From contig MU057744.1 of NCBI GenBank assembly GCA_013265495.1, forward strand, positions 870,001 to 934,000: a stretch of DNA of 64,000 bases, written 5' to 3'. The notes beneath the pieces are model-generated. The model searched no databases. It saw only the letters and a list, made by a program, of their open reading frames with translations, and was not told the DNA's origin. Source of the stretch: Vicugna vicugna (Eukaryota). Positions 1 through 12,672 of the stretch are shown one piece after another (positions within the stretch are counted from its first letter, which is position 1; every line of letters begins with the position of its first letter). The position numbers and the translations under genes were made by a program.

Positions 1-1470
1 CAGTACAGTGTTAACTGTAGTTGCCGTGCTGTGCGCCAGTCCCCAGGACTTAGTTTCTCACTGGAAGTCTGTGCCTTTTGACCCCTATCATCCACTCCCT
101 CCTCTGGCAACCGCCAGTCTGTTCTCTGTATCTGTGAGCTTAGGGTTGGTTTGTTTTTAGAGTCCACATATAAGTGAGATCATGCGGTATTTATCTTTTT
201 TTGTATATATATATATTTTTATTGAAGTACAGTCAGTTTACAACGCTGTGTCATTGGTGTACAGTATAAAAAAGTTTCATCTTTTTTTAGTTGACTTATT
301 TCACTTAGCATAATGCTTTCAAGGTCCAGCCATATTTTTGCAAATGGCACGATTTCATTATTTTTTGTGGCTGAATATTTCTCTGTGTGTGTGTGTGTAT
401 CGCATTTTCTTTATCCATTCCTGCCTCGCAGGACATTTAGGTTATTTCCACTCTTGGCTGTTGTAAGGAATGCTGCAGTGAACATGGGGGTGTATGCATC
501 TTTTTGAATTACTGTTTTTGTTTCCTTCAGATACATATTCAGAAGCGGAATGGCTGGATCATGTGGTGGTTCTATTTTTAGTGTTTTGAGGAGCCGCCAC
601 AGTGGCTGCACCATTTACATCCCCACCAACAGTGCACAAGGGCTCCCTTTTCTCCACGTCCTCGCCAAACTTGTTGTCTCTTGCCTTTTTGATAATAGCC
701 GTTCTGACAGGTGTGCAGTGGTACTTGGTGTGGTTTTGATTTTTATTTCCTGATCATGAATGATGTTGGGCACTTTTTCATGTTCCAGTTGGCCTTTTAT
801 ATGTCTTCTTTGGAAAATGTCTCTTTTGGAAAAATGTTCAGATCCTCTGCCCATTTTAAAATCAGATTGTGGTGGTGTTTGTTGTTTTTGCTGTTGAGTT
901 GTATGAGTTCTTTATGTGTTTTATGTATCAACCCCTTACCACACATAGACTTCGCAGGCATTTTCTCCCATTCGGTGGGCTGCCTTTTGATTGCGTTGAT
1001 GGTTTCCTTTGCTCTGCAGCAGCTTTTCATTTTGATGTAGCCCCGCTTGTTTATTTGTGCTTTTGTTTCCTTTGCTTTTGGAGTCAGATCCAAAAAATCA
1101 CCAAGACTGATGTCAAGCTTGCTGCCTGTGTTTCCTTCTGGGAGGTTATGGCTTCAGGTCTTACATTTGAGTCTGTCATTCATTTTGAGTTAATTTTTGT
1201 GTACGGTGTAAGATAGTGGTCCATTTTCCCCGACACCATTTACTGAAGAGAGTGTCCTTTCCCCACTGAAGGTTCTTGGCACTTCGTTGTAAATGAGCTG
1301 GCCGTGTCTTCGTAGGTTCCTGTCTGAGCTGTCCACGCTGCTGATCTGTGCGTCTGTTTCTGTGCCAATACCATTTTGCTTTGATTGCTGTAACTTTGGA
1401 GTATAGTTTGAAGTCAGGGGGCACGATGCCTCTGCTTTATTCTTTTTGCTCGGGATTGCTTTGGCTGTTC
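1..1470 (-). mobile_element. L1 (LINE-1) 3' fragment: ORF2 C-terminal region plus 3'UTR, degenerate
   Basis: Minus-strand ORF remnants (MDLTPKAKETKAQINK..., KRQPTEWEK, KWYWHRNRRTDQ, IEPPHDPAIPLL) are typical L1 ORF2 C-terminal peptides, broken by frameshifts; boundaries approximate. Confidence 0.9.
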
Positions 1471-1479
1471 GGGGTTACA

Positions 1480-2200
1480 CTGATGGATTATCGAGGACCC
1501 CAGAATGCTTTTGTTTGGGGGTATGTGTGCGAGAGAAAATTTTTTAATTCCTCAGTTTATTAATTCATTATTAATAAACCCATGTTACTACAAATTTCTT
1601 TTTTATAGAAAAAAGAACTATGTTTTCCAAAACAAATGATGGAGAATAATAGTATTGTTTTAAAATTTTGTGAATCTATTTTAATAGCTGGCTTAATAGA
1701 ATACAGCTGGGTTCTCACAGCTGCTTCTGCATCCAATCTGTGATGTGTTTTGCTTGAAGTACATGAAGAAAACCCAGCCTCACAGAGATACATAGTTGCA
1801 AAAATGAGTATTTTAATACCTTTTTACTATAATGGCAAACATTCTTTAATATACATCCAAACTCAGTAAGTTGTGATTTCTTAAAAGCCAGCTGCAGTGT
1901 GGAATGTAACCCCTATCAGTGCACTTTTCAGAGCGTGTTACACAGGAGCACCTGCTGGTTTACCTTGCGCTTTGAGTGGACCTTTTTACCCATGCGTGGA
2001 TTTGTAATGTCTTGCACTGATCATTCGGAAAATACTGGTTTATTGAGTTATGTGGATCTTCTAAGTTAAGTTTTCCTTATACAGTATCAAAAAAAATTCT
2101 CATGCATTAATATCACCACTGATCATCAGAAAAATCTTATAACTTTTGGGAAGCTGTCAAGCTCATGGTAGGGAACACACATCTTTCAAAGCTTTAATCT
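1480..2200. mobile_element. hAT-Charlie DNA transposon relic (Charlie1-like)
   Basis: Segments such as ctggcttaatagaatacagctgggttctcacagctgcttctgcatccaatctgtg and gaagaaaacccagcctcacagagatacatagttg resemble the Charlie1 consensus as I recall it; boundaries approximate. Confidence 0.6.
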
Positions 2201-2267
2201 TAGCTTAAAATGAAGCGCGTGTGAGGCCTGGTGTCTGAGTGTCCTGACCAGCTGACTGTCCTTCTAG

Positions 2268-2392
2268 ACCAACCCGGGAATGGTCCCCAGCCACGGATTC
2301 AGTCCCAGGTCTTACTTCTTTGACAACCCTCGGAGGTATGACAGTGATGATGACCTTGCCTGGAACGTTGCCCCTCAGGGACTTCAGGGAAG
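2268..2392 (+). CDS. GPR137B: GPR137B penultimate coding exon ([41 protein letters not shown])
   Basis: cttctAG acceptor at 2266-2267, GTAAGA donor at 2393; 125 nt; contains the GPR137-family motif [15 protein letters not shown]. Confidence 0.96.
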
Positions 2393-4207
2393 GTAAGACC
2401 CCAGCTCCTGTCAGAAGGGCACGAGCTGGATGAGAGCCCTGGGACTGGAGGCAGGGTCAGGGGACAGGAGGAGGAATGGGGAGGGCCGCCTGTGAGACTA
2501 ACTGCAGCTGAGGACAGGCCTGCCCCAGGGTCAGGGCTTCACCCCCTCCCTCAAGGCCACGGGCAGGGTCGGCCAGCAGGCCAGCAGGAGGGGTAGCCCT
2601 TGGACCCCCTCTCCCTTTCCCCAGCCCATGACACTCCCACCACACCACCCTGCCAGGGACCAGCACATCCCCTCGTTCCCCGGGGACCCTGGACTTCAAG
2701 GCCAGCAGGGGCGAGGGGAGCTGGCGGGGGTGGGGGCAGGCCTGGTGTTCCCAGGACCCCCGGGCCTTTCCTCTGAAAGGGACGCTCCAGGCTGTGTTTC
2801 TCAGAAGTGAGACCTTGTCTCCTGCAGTCCTTTGTCAGGTCCCCCCACCCCCGGGCAGGGTGAGAGAGAGGCTGTGCCCGCTTTTCTGCTCTTCTACTAA
2901 CAGTGATACCCTTGGGAAACCTTGAAAGAGACCCAAAGGGAGCCCGGGCTGTCGGGACAGGGAACTGAGGACGAGCCGGGAGCACACACTGCTTTCTCAG
3001 TGGATCTGGGAGCAGAGAGATCCTGGTCAGAGAATCCAGGGTGGGGCTGGGGAGGAGAGCAGGCAGGCCAGCCCCCCAGCCGGCGCTGTGAACAACGTGG
3101 AAGCCAGTAGTGTGCACGGAGGACAGGGTGCAAGGGGCCTGACCCTCCTCTCTGAAACCGTCCTTGTCGGGGGACAAGGCGGGCCGGTGTTGTGGGCGGT
3201 AGAGGGATTCACCGAAGACACAAGATGAAAATAGAGTTTACTGGGTTATGCTGCCATAGACCACAGCAGGCCACACGGACGAGAGGTGCCCGTGGGAGCC
3301 GCGAGGGCCGGCTGTTGGCGTCTTTAACAAGGTCGCGTCACAGGGGCCTGACCGGCTCGGGCACGGGGCTCTGGGCGGCTACAGGTGAGGTGAGAGGCTT
3401 AGGGCCTGGGAAGGGCGGTGGGGTTTGTGACTGACACGGGGGGCTGAAAGCAGCCCGCCTGAGCTGGCGTGAGGTTGGGCGTGACCCGGCTGTTGGGTTG
3501 TTAGGGCAGACGCCCCAGTGAAGAGTGTCCTTCATCTGCGGCGGGCATCGGGGAGCCCACGCGTGGGGGCCGCTGGGCCCGGCGGGTGTCCGCTGGCCCC
3601 TCAGTCCTGTTACCCAGTGACCTGACTGCTTCCCGACTTGCTGTATGTGTCCCCCCACACCCCCGGGACGGCCCACACCCCTCACCTGCCGGGAGCGACA
3701 CAGAGCTGAGGGCGCCTTGGCGACCCCTGTGGCAGAGGAGACCCCTTTTCCATGACGCAGAGGAAGCTGGGAAGAGTAACAGCGCTGAGCGCGGTGACTA
3801 GAGGCCAAGACGCTGCTCTGAGTGCTGCCCGGGGGCTGGCTCAGCCCCACCGAGGTAGTCCCTGCTCTAACAGGAGGTAAAACCGAGGCACAGAAGCCAC
3901 ACACGCAGTGAGCTCTGCTCCGCTAGGATTCGGATACCACTTGTCGCTGAATCATCATGTCGTTACCAGCAGTTGTCTTATGGGTCCAGTGATGCTGTGC
4001 TTCTGGGCTCTTTCGGGTTGGTGGCTTCAGGGCAGACTTCTAGTCACCGTGTGAAGCACTGTTTTGTGGGGAAGGGGCTTCCAGGAGCCGCTCTGGAAAG
4101 CTTTGGGGCTGCCTTATTTACAGGAGACCCCATTCTGCCCAGACCAGACATGTCAAGACCGGCAGAGACAGTGTCCCCAGGCGCTGACACGCCCCTTTCT
4201 TTCCCAG

Positions 4208-4319
4208 CTTTGCTCCGGACTACTATGACTGGGGACAGCAAGCGAACAGCGTCCTGGCACAAGGGGGAACTTCGCAACCAGATTCAGTTTTGGATCCTGA
4301 CAGACCGAGCCACGGGTAG
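4208..4319 (+). CDS. GPR137B: GPR137B last coding exon ([37 protein letters not shown])
   Basis: Pyrimidine tract plus cccAG acceptor at 4206-4207; phase 2 matches the previous exon; TAG at 4317-4319; C-terminus matches GPR137B as recalled. Confidence 0.95.
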
Positions 4320-5050
4320 CGTCAGTTAACAGTTTTATGGAAGATTCCTCAGTTGAAAAGCTTCAGAAAGACTAATGTAATGACAACTGAACTTTAGGGC
4401 ACTTTTCCTTAAGAAATAGGACTTGATTTTTATTTGTCACAGGTTTCTGATGGCTCCATAGGACTAAGCAATAATTTAGATTGATAAAACCGTATTTTAG
4501 TACTAAAAAGTGAGCCTGGCTGCCAACTTCAGCAGCTGTAATTTAAACTTTAAAAAAATTCTGTACTTTTATAAAGATGTATTTTATATAACTTAAATAA
4601 TAATGCTAAAATATACTAGGGTTTTTTGAGAATATTACTGCAATATATGTTGTAATTTGCACAGACTTTTATGCATAATTCACTTTAAAAGGATACAGGA
4701 CATGGTCTGATGGTTTTTTTTAAAAAGGCTTTTGGACTAAAGTAGTCTTCAGATCCTTACCTCTTCAGGTCACTCAGATTCTGAGCTCCATGCTGGTAGA
4801 GACTAACTATAATCGACATCTAGAAAGCCGGTTGCAACCCGCGTTGAAGGTTGTAACGTAGCAGAATGTCAGCGGACTGCGTGTGAGGGAACTGGCTCCT
4901 CAGAGCTGTTCAAAGCCCAGGTGGTTGGGCCCTCGAAGAATCTCCTGTATGTTGCCAACATTTAGTGCTTCTCTAAACAAGGCGCTAGTGCAGACACTAC
5001 GCTGGTAAGTTGATAACGTTAAGAGCATTGATAGAATCGACTCACGCTGG
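4320..5050 (+). other. GPR137B: GPR137B 3'UTR (AT-rich proximal part; 3' end uncertain)
   Basis: AT-rich non-repetitive sequence directly after the stop; no canonical AATAAA/ATTAAA seen, so the end point is a guess. Confidence 0.6.
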
Positions 5051-6896
5051 CAAAGCTCCCCTGCTGTACTGGAGACTTCTGCATGCTTTGTGAGACCCGC
5101 CGCCTCGGGACTCTGCGGGACTGCCCCTCTCCCAGCTCACTGCACATCCATCCGTCCATGGGCAAGGAAGAGGGTCTCACCAGGGGATCGGTAACAAATC
5201 CCCCTGGGTCCTTGAGCCAAAAGCCTGGAATCCTAGCAGCTTTCTTTTAGTTTCCAACCACATTAAGGAGCTGTGAGAGCAGCCCGCTGGAGGCTGTGCG
5301 CTTGACGTGGGAGCAGCAGGGCCCTGCTGTCTAGCACAAGGGCCGTCTCTCAGCCACGTGAAGGGGCTCACTGTTGTCATTCATGTAAGTGAAACACATG
5401 TCGTGACGTACTAGTTCCCCAGCCGTTAAGTGCCATTCTAGAATCTCCAAGGGTGACACATGTAATGATGATGCGTATATAACATCTAGCCTGCAGTTGT
5501 AAACTGCCTGCGGTAGGAGCGCATACCCGGCTGTCAGGGAGGTCGCACGCTCGCTCTTCCTACGGAACGGAGTGACCTACCAGAGGCAGAAAGTGCCCCC
5601 CGCTCGGCCTAGGGGACCTCCCATCTCGGGACAGAGGCAGGGAGGGGCAGGCGGAGAGGAGCTCACACTGGTCAGTTCTGCCTGAGTGAGGATGCCCGTT
5701 TCGGGTGTCTCGGACCTACCATTTCAGTCTTCAGGCGTAACTAATCTCTGGGCATTGATTTCACAGTGATCAAAGTCTGCTTCTCTTGATGGTTCTATTT
5801 AAAACTGGGATCTCAAGTTTGAAATGGGTCAGGATCGGGCTTTTCCTTGGCCCGGAACACCTCTGCCCTGCATAGTCACACAAAACATACTTGCCTTTCA
5901 GTGGGTGGAAGAATTTGGGTCACATATTTAACATAATTACTGCCAGGGAAAATTCTACACTGAAGCCAAATTTGCACTGACTACGCCAGTTGCCTTAAAA
6001 CGGTACAGTTGCTGTTCTGAGTAGCTTTACGAACACCCTACCTGCCACACTGTCTCTGTTACTGATATTTAGGAGAATTTAAAGGCAGATCAGCAAATGC
6101 TTAAAAACCCTTTAAATGGTGCTTTCAGGAAATACTGTAGCTCTTCAATATTCGGTCACTGAAGGGCAGATGTGTTTTTAAAAGCGTCACTAAAGCCATG
6201 CGGTTTTTATACTCATCCTACAATGATGGACAGATACTTTATTATTCTGATTATTGGCAGGAAGATCGAAATACTCAGCGTTAACTGGTAAAAGCCATAA
6301 CCCATTTTTATGATAGAGCTGCTAGCATTTATTTGAACTGTTACTTTTTATTGGAAAGGATAAAAATGTTCTCAGTGCCTATTTTTCTCTTCTTCCCTTT
6401 TTAAAAAATAATGCTGAAGCACAAATGTTGTAAACACATCTAGAATACAAAAAACTGTGATTGTAGCGAACTGTCTCTCTCTCAAGGTAAACGATCGCAC
6501 GTATCCTGTGAAATGTTGCAGGTGTGCTGTGGAAAGGAAGATTACAGTTTTCTGCAGCTTCCTGAGTTGCTTGTGCAAGCTGCACTAACAAAGCTACTCG
6601 CAGGTGAACTGGTGAAGGCAAAGGGAAGGCAAGGAGTGGTGACTGCTGGCTCTAAAATACCCAAGTGTTCTCTCGGTCTAAGGCAACGTGATGAAACTAA
6701 AAGCCCCACAATTTGAAAGTTAAAAAAGCATGGGGAAGAGGCACTTACATCACTGAAAATTTTGTGCCATGATTTATCGAAGTCTGACTCGGCACTAGAA
6801 GGCTGCACGTGACAGTTTCTTTGCATCCAGTAGAAACATGAATAGATGTCCACACTTCCGAGTTAACCGTCGAAAAACTTCCATCTGATTTGGGTA

Positions 6897-7375
6897 CAGG
6901 CAGACCTCGGAGATCCTGCAGGTTCGGCTCCAGACCACCGCAATAGAGCAAGCACTGCAGTCAAGGGAGTCGCGGGAACTCTGTGGCCCCCCAGTGCGTG
7001 CAAAAGGTATGTTTACACTACACTGCAGTCAGTCACTAAGTGTACAATATATTGTCCTAAAAAAAGTTGTACACACCTTAATTAAAAAATACCATATTGC
7101 TAAAAATAAAAAGTGCTAACCATTATCTGAGCCTTCAGCAAGCCGTAATAGTAACATCAAAGGTTACTGCTCACAGGTCCCCATAACAAATGTAGGAATA
7201 CTGCGAGAATTGCCAGAATGTGACACAGACATGATGCGAGCAAATGCTGTTGGGAAAAAAATGGCACCGAGACTTGGCACGATGCAGCGTTGCCCCAAAC
7301 CTTGAGTTTGTGGGGGGAAAAAATGCACTGTCTGAAGTCCAGTAAAGCAAAGTGCAGTCAGGCGAGGTCTGCCTG
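6897..7375. mobile_element. Tigger1-derived non-autonomous Tc1/mariner element (MITE), 479 bp
   Basis: Perfect 13-bp terminal inverted repeats CAGGCAGACCTCG (6897-6909) / CGAGGTCTGCCTG (7363-7375); TA at the left flank (6895-6896); internal sequence resembles Tigger1 ends. Confidence 0.85.
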
Positions 7376-10049
7376 GAGGCGTCTTTCAGGCCCTCATTCC
7401 TTTCCACAGTTAACGCCCCTTTACGTGAGCCGATGATGAAACCGCCGGAGTGTCCACACACACAGCCATGGACTGTGAGAGGGTCTGACCTGACGGGGTG
7501 CGCACGGCAGCCCCGTGCAGCACGCCGACTCCTCCTGGCGTCCGTCAGGCACGTTGTTAAGGACTCGGCTGGTGTCCCGTTGAGCTGCTTACGCCAGGCT
7601 CACCTGCTAACACATCCCCAAGTTTCCTCTTCTACCAAAGCCCCGAAGAGCTGCTGTGTTGTTCTTGAGCAAGTAACCACTCTTAAGAAAGGAATCAGCA
7701 TTCGCAGACGCTAGGGCGTGAGAAGTGCTCTGAGAAGAAGGCTCTCATGTACACTTACAGCAGTACTTTTACTTTTTAAACAGTAAAGATGAATTCACAT
7801 GAGAACTAAATGGGTCTACATATTTGGAACTGAAGATTTCCAACTGAAATTTTTTCTAAAAAAATTTGCTTTCACTCCAGATTACTGCGTGATAAAAATC
7901 AGACTAGAGGTGATCAAAGACACATCTGTTGTGTTTCCAATTTTCATCCCATAGAAGTGGGAGTTCTGTTCATTAAAAGCGTTTCTAACCGTGCATCATG
8001 CTACTTACGGCTTTTCGTCGTCCAGGTGGAGCAGCTACTGGAAGGGAGCAAGCTAAACAGTGGGGTTCTCATCAAAGACTATGAACAAGCTGACTAAAGT
8101 GGGCAAAGGTTTACATCAAAGGGGCGGTGCTGGTGAGGAAGTAGATGTCAGGGTCTGCGGAGCACCGAGCGTGTGCTGGGCCCAGTCGGCCGGCTCGGCG
8201 ACGCCCTGACGCTGACCCTGCTCCTGGCCCTTAGCAGGTGGGCAGGAAGAGCCCCTGCACCAGAGGGTCAGTAACTCCCCCGACAGCCATGAGCGCTGCC
8301 GCTGTGCCCCCACCTAGGTCTAGCTCCCCGGGTCAGGGCGCCCACGGCGGGCTCATCCGTGGTGGGGTTCTGAGATGGGAAGCCCTACTTGATAGAACCC
8401 CGGCAGCCACAGTCCTCAGGTCCAGACCCAGTGGCTCAGCGCTTCCGATGGTATCTGGCTGGTTCCTCTCCAGCTGGTCCTTGACCGGTGGCTGGGACCT
8501 GTCCCCTCTCTTCCTCGAGGTGGATCACACCTTGGCCGCATTCACTCTTTAGCCTCCAGAGCTGACCGGTCCCTTTGGACCTCGGCTGCCCCACCACTCA
8601 GAGACTTAGACGTTCTCTCCAGAACAGGTGCACTGCCCTCTGGGCCCGAGAAGCCTGGTCAGGAACGGAGGTTGGGACCGAGGTCAGCTCTGCGCTCTCT
8701 CCAGCTCCAGCTACGACCTGCTGCCTCTCAGCCTGTGTGGTCTCAGAGTCGCTCTTTCCCTGCGGGTCCCTGTCACCGTGGCCCTTCCTGACTCTGACCC
8801 TCAGTTTCCCAGGAACCTAGCTAACCTGCGCCGGTCCTGCTGTCTGTCTGCAGGCCTGAGTCTCAGTGGTCCTGGACGGCATTACCTGAGGTATAAAAAG
8901 GGTTCGCTTAGGATCCACGAGTTACCGCTCTGCCGGCCAGTTTGTCCCGTACACCCTCGGTGTGCTGGCCCCTTGGTGCGTCCACTCGCCGGAGTCTGGG
9001 CTTCAGGAGTGCGGACCTGGCACCCGTCAGAGAGCAGAACACTCACCATGGGGAGAGAGTCTGTGAGGAGGTCCGCAGGGAAGGTTCGGTTCCGTCAGAC
9101 GATGTGTGGTGAATGCTGGCTGCCCTGACCGAGGGGCTGGTTTTGTCTGCGACAACTTGCTGGCCTGCCAAGCAGACACTCAGGGTACCTGCTCCACAAG
9201 CAGGTTTCCGCGTGAGCACGGCTGACCTCGGTGTGGCCGGAAATGCACAGGCAGCTTCGCGACTTCACAGCTCGCCGTGTCCGCGGGTGCGGACCCCCGG
9301 GGCTGCCGCTTTGTCGTGTGTGTTTGCTGGACTCGTGCGGCTCAGTGCCACGTTCAGGGGCCAGCCGTACTCTCCCTGGGCATGTCGTCACCACAAACTC
9401 GACATGACCGAGTCAGGCCACGCGGCGGCAGGGACGCTGCTTGCTGCTGCGCGCCCAGCTCCTGGGAGGGGAGGGAGCCCTCCCATCCTGTTGTTTTGGC
9501 CAATATCATTGGGGTTTTTTTAGGTGACCTTTTATCCACCGCATATGGATTTTACAAGTTTAAAATGCAGTTAAGGGCTCCCCCCTTGTTTTTTTAATGG
9601 CTCTTCGAAGACATCCAACTCTTGGACAAAGAGCCCATAATGGAAATAAAAAGGCAAATGGGATTGGACAGCAAGATAATTCCTAAGAATGATCTGAGAA
9701 CTAAGTCCTAAAAGCGAAGCACTGAGAGGAAACCCCGTCTCCAGAGGCACTGCTCGTTCTGCCCGTCTGGGCCCCGCGTTGCCATATGGGCCCTGGCAGG
9801 AGGACACTGAGATAATGACCACAACCGACAGCACGGGGCAGGTCTTCACCAGGTGAAATGTCAAATTAACACAACCGTGACGCGCTGTGCGGTCAGAAGT
9901 GCTCCCCTCCGGAGAAAACCCTGAGCTGGATGGAGCTTCTGCCTGGTCCATAAGTTAAAGGATTTTTAGAAGCTCATATGGAACCAACAAGAAGAGCTAA
10001 AAAAATTATTTTAACAAAAGTGGGTGGAGACCAGCGCACCAGGTATTAA

Positions 10050-11270
10050 AATACAGGCTCTGAGCCATTAAAATAACGCAGTGTCGGTGCACGAGTTAAC
10101 AGACAACGGGACAGGAGGAGAGCCCGGGACTCCACAGGTGACAAACGCAGCATCTCCAACTGGCGGGGGGGAAGGAGCCGTGCGATGAGCGGGGTTGCAC
10201 TAACTGGGCGGTCACCGGGGAAGAAGCCAGGCTGCACCTGTAACTTGTACTTTATGCCAGGAGACACCCCAAGGAACCAACATTTAGATCTAAAAAAATA
10301 AAGCCATAAAAGCTCTGCGGGAAGATACAATTGAATTATTGCAGTGGAGTGAAGAAGGCATATTCTTAACTACCACTCAAAATCCAGAAACCACGTAGAA
10401 ATTTAAAAATTGCACGTCAAAACCATCATAAGCAAAGTCAAAAGACAGACAAATTGAAAAAGAATTTTACAGTGTATTACAGTCAGAGGATTAATGTCCC
10501 TAACAAGTAAAGCACTCCTCGAAGTGCTAAGAGCCCCAGGAAAATGGGGAAAAGATATGAATGCAGACAGAAACACAGGTGGCTCCTGAACGTATTAAAG
10601 GCAGTCAGCCGCACTCACGATGAGAAAAGTACAAGCTGAAACACAGCGACGCGTAACTGCGTCTTAGCAGAATGGCAAAAATCCAGCTTCTTAATAGTGT
10701 CGGCGCTGGTGAGGCTGTGGGTTGGCAGGCATGGTCTTAAATTTCAGGTGGGTGGGCAAACTCGTAACCATCCCCTGTGGAGGGCAGTATTCTCGTATCT
10801 TCCAAAATTACAAGTGCACATGGTCTTTGACCCCAAAATTCCATTTGGGGGCATTTAGATGACAAGTACATATCTATTTATGTGTGAAATGACTTACATA
10901 CAAAGTCTGGAAACAATCCAAATGCCCATTAATAGGAGATTGGCTAGTTAAATGACTGTACTTTCATGTAATGGAACGCCGAGCAGTTACTTTAAAAAAA
11001 AAAAAAGTGGGAGGACTGCTGAGAAAAACTAAGTGAAAAAAAAAGCAAGTAGTATGTATATGATGCTACTCTTTGCGTTAAAATGAGGGAAAAAATAAGA
11101 CTTAGTATCTGCCTTAAAATGCATGGATGGACACAAGAAGCCAAGGGCAGAGGCAGGGGCCGGGGAAGGCCAGGAAGGAGACATTCCACTGTGTAGCTTT
11201 TTGTATTTTCTTGGTTTTTGAACAATGTGAATGTATTACTTATTAAAAGAATTGAATAAAATAAGTATAT
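10050..11270 (+). mobile_element. Old, highly degenerate L1 3' fragment (L1M-type)
   Basis: L1 3' landmarks (gcaaagtcaaaagacagacaaat, tttgaccccaaaattccatttggggg, ctggaaacaatccaaatgcccattaatagga) ending in an A-rich tail; boundaries approximate. Confidence 0.7.
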
Positions 11271-11702
11271 TTGAAAAATCTTCCGAGTTGATACGAATCA
11301 AAAGACGCTAAAAGCCCCCCGTTTTTAGTCGAATGGTAACAGGCCAACGTATGAAGCAACACAAACACCACGTTCTGAGCAGAGGCTCTTGGAGGCACAC
11401 TCCTTGGTTTCAAATTCTAGTGCCACAGCCTGGAACTTGTCCCTGTGGACACGCAGCCTCTTATCCTCAGTCCTCTTATTTAAGGACAGAGAAGTAACCG
11501 TACCTCCCTGCCAGTGCTGCTGGGAAAAGAAAACAGTCCATGCGGAGCCCTTAACGCGTGGCTCCCAGTGACGCTCTGAAGGAGAAGCCACCGCGGACTA
11601 CTTATTTTCTCCCTTCTCCACAAGTTATAACCAATTCTTCATCTCACAAACGGAAACATTTAAAAGGGGGGAAAAGCAAGATAGAGTGCAGAAACATTTA
11701 CT

Positions 11703-11708
11703 TTTATT
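11703..11708 (-). terminator. ERO1B: Putative distal polyadenylation signal AATAAA of ERO1B
   Basis: tttatt on + at 11703-11708; U-rich sequence lies downstream on -. Confidence 0.65.
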
Positions 11709-12666
11709 CACGTTTTCTGTGATCTGGTGGGTACAAGAGCAAAATTATCTGGAATTCTGTTCAAAGCCAAAGCTGCACCTGTTGACGTTGCTCAAAATAG
11801 AGCACACACACCTGTGTGCATGCCTGTGTTTTTCTGTTTTACCGAATAATGCCGATGGCACCGTGCACCCCGTCTGTGGAGTCTGGTGACGAGCTAGGCG
11901 CTGCAGGCGCTGCAGTCTGCAGACCGCTGGGGGGCTTACTGTGAACTGCTCCCGAATTTCCAGACGAAGGCAGTGGAGATGGAGATCAGAACAGCTGTCC
12001 CTTCTTACCTACAATGGCACCTGGGTGAAGTCGGAAAACATGGCACAGTGTTTCACAGACACACAGAGATTACGAGTGTTGAGAAGTTCACAATGTTAAA
12101 ATGTCAAAATGAAACATCTGGCTTATCAAATTTCACACCTGTAGAAACTATTACTCACATTCCGTCTAGTCCTCCTCACAATCTAAGAATCAACACAAGA
12201 AACACTTAAATTTGCCAATTTAATACACAACCATTTCTAACTTACATAGATGCCACTTAAGAAAAAAATAAACTCGTGCCATTGAAAGAAGGAATTTTTT
12301 CCTTTTCTTCATTTTCATCACTTCATCAGCTGGTACAATCATTTCTGTCAGTTACAGTATCAAGTGCTGGATTTTTTAAATTAGGTGATGAGATAAAAGA
12401 CACACTGCCAAGAGGTGCGGCCAGCCAAGCACCTTCACAACACAATCGGCAGCCTAACGTCACTTCACAACAAAAGGTATGCAACCTGGAGAAAAGAATT
12501 TATACCACAAGGACCATAAAACATTACTAGGCTCACGAAGATTCCAAGAGCTCACACATTCATTTAAGAAATACGCAGATTTACACAAAAATGTAGGTTG
12601 CCCCCCACAATCTAATTTATGGTAAAGTAAAGTTAAATAGATTTCAGTTTAAGAATACTTCATTTG

Positions 12667-12672
12667 TTTATT
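12667..12672 (-). terminator. ERO1B: Candidate proximal polyadenylation signal AATAAA of ERO1B
   Basis: tttatt on + at 12667-12672 inside the 3'UTR; usage unknown. Confidence 0.35.

Noticed and set aside
313..1424. ORFs with L1 ORF2-like peptides
   Set aside because: Frameshifted fragments of a dead L1, not a functional gene.
2457..3904. ORFs up to 208 aa in the GC-rich last intron of GPR137B
   Set aside because: They lie between two well-defined exons, have no recognisable homology and are explained by GC content.
8116..9951. Cluster of ORFs in GC-rich intergenic DNA between the two 3' ends
   Set aside because: No homology, consistent splice structure or codon pattern that I can support.
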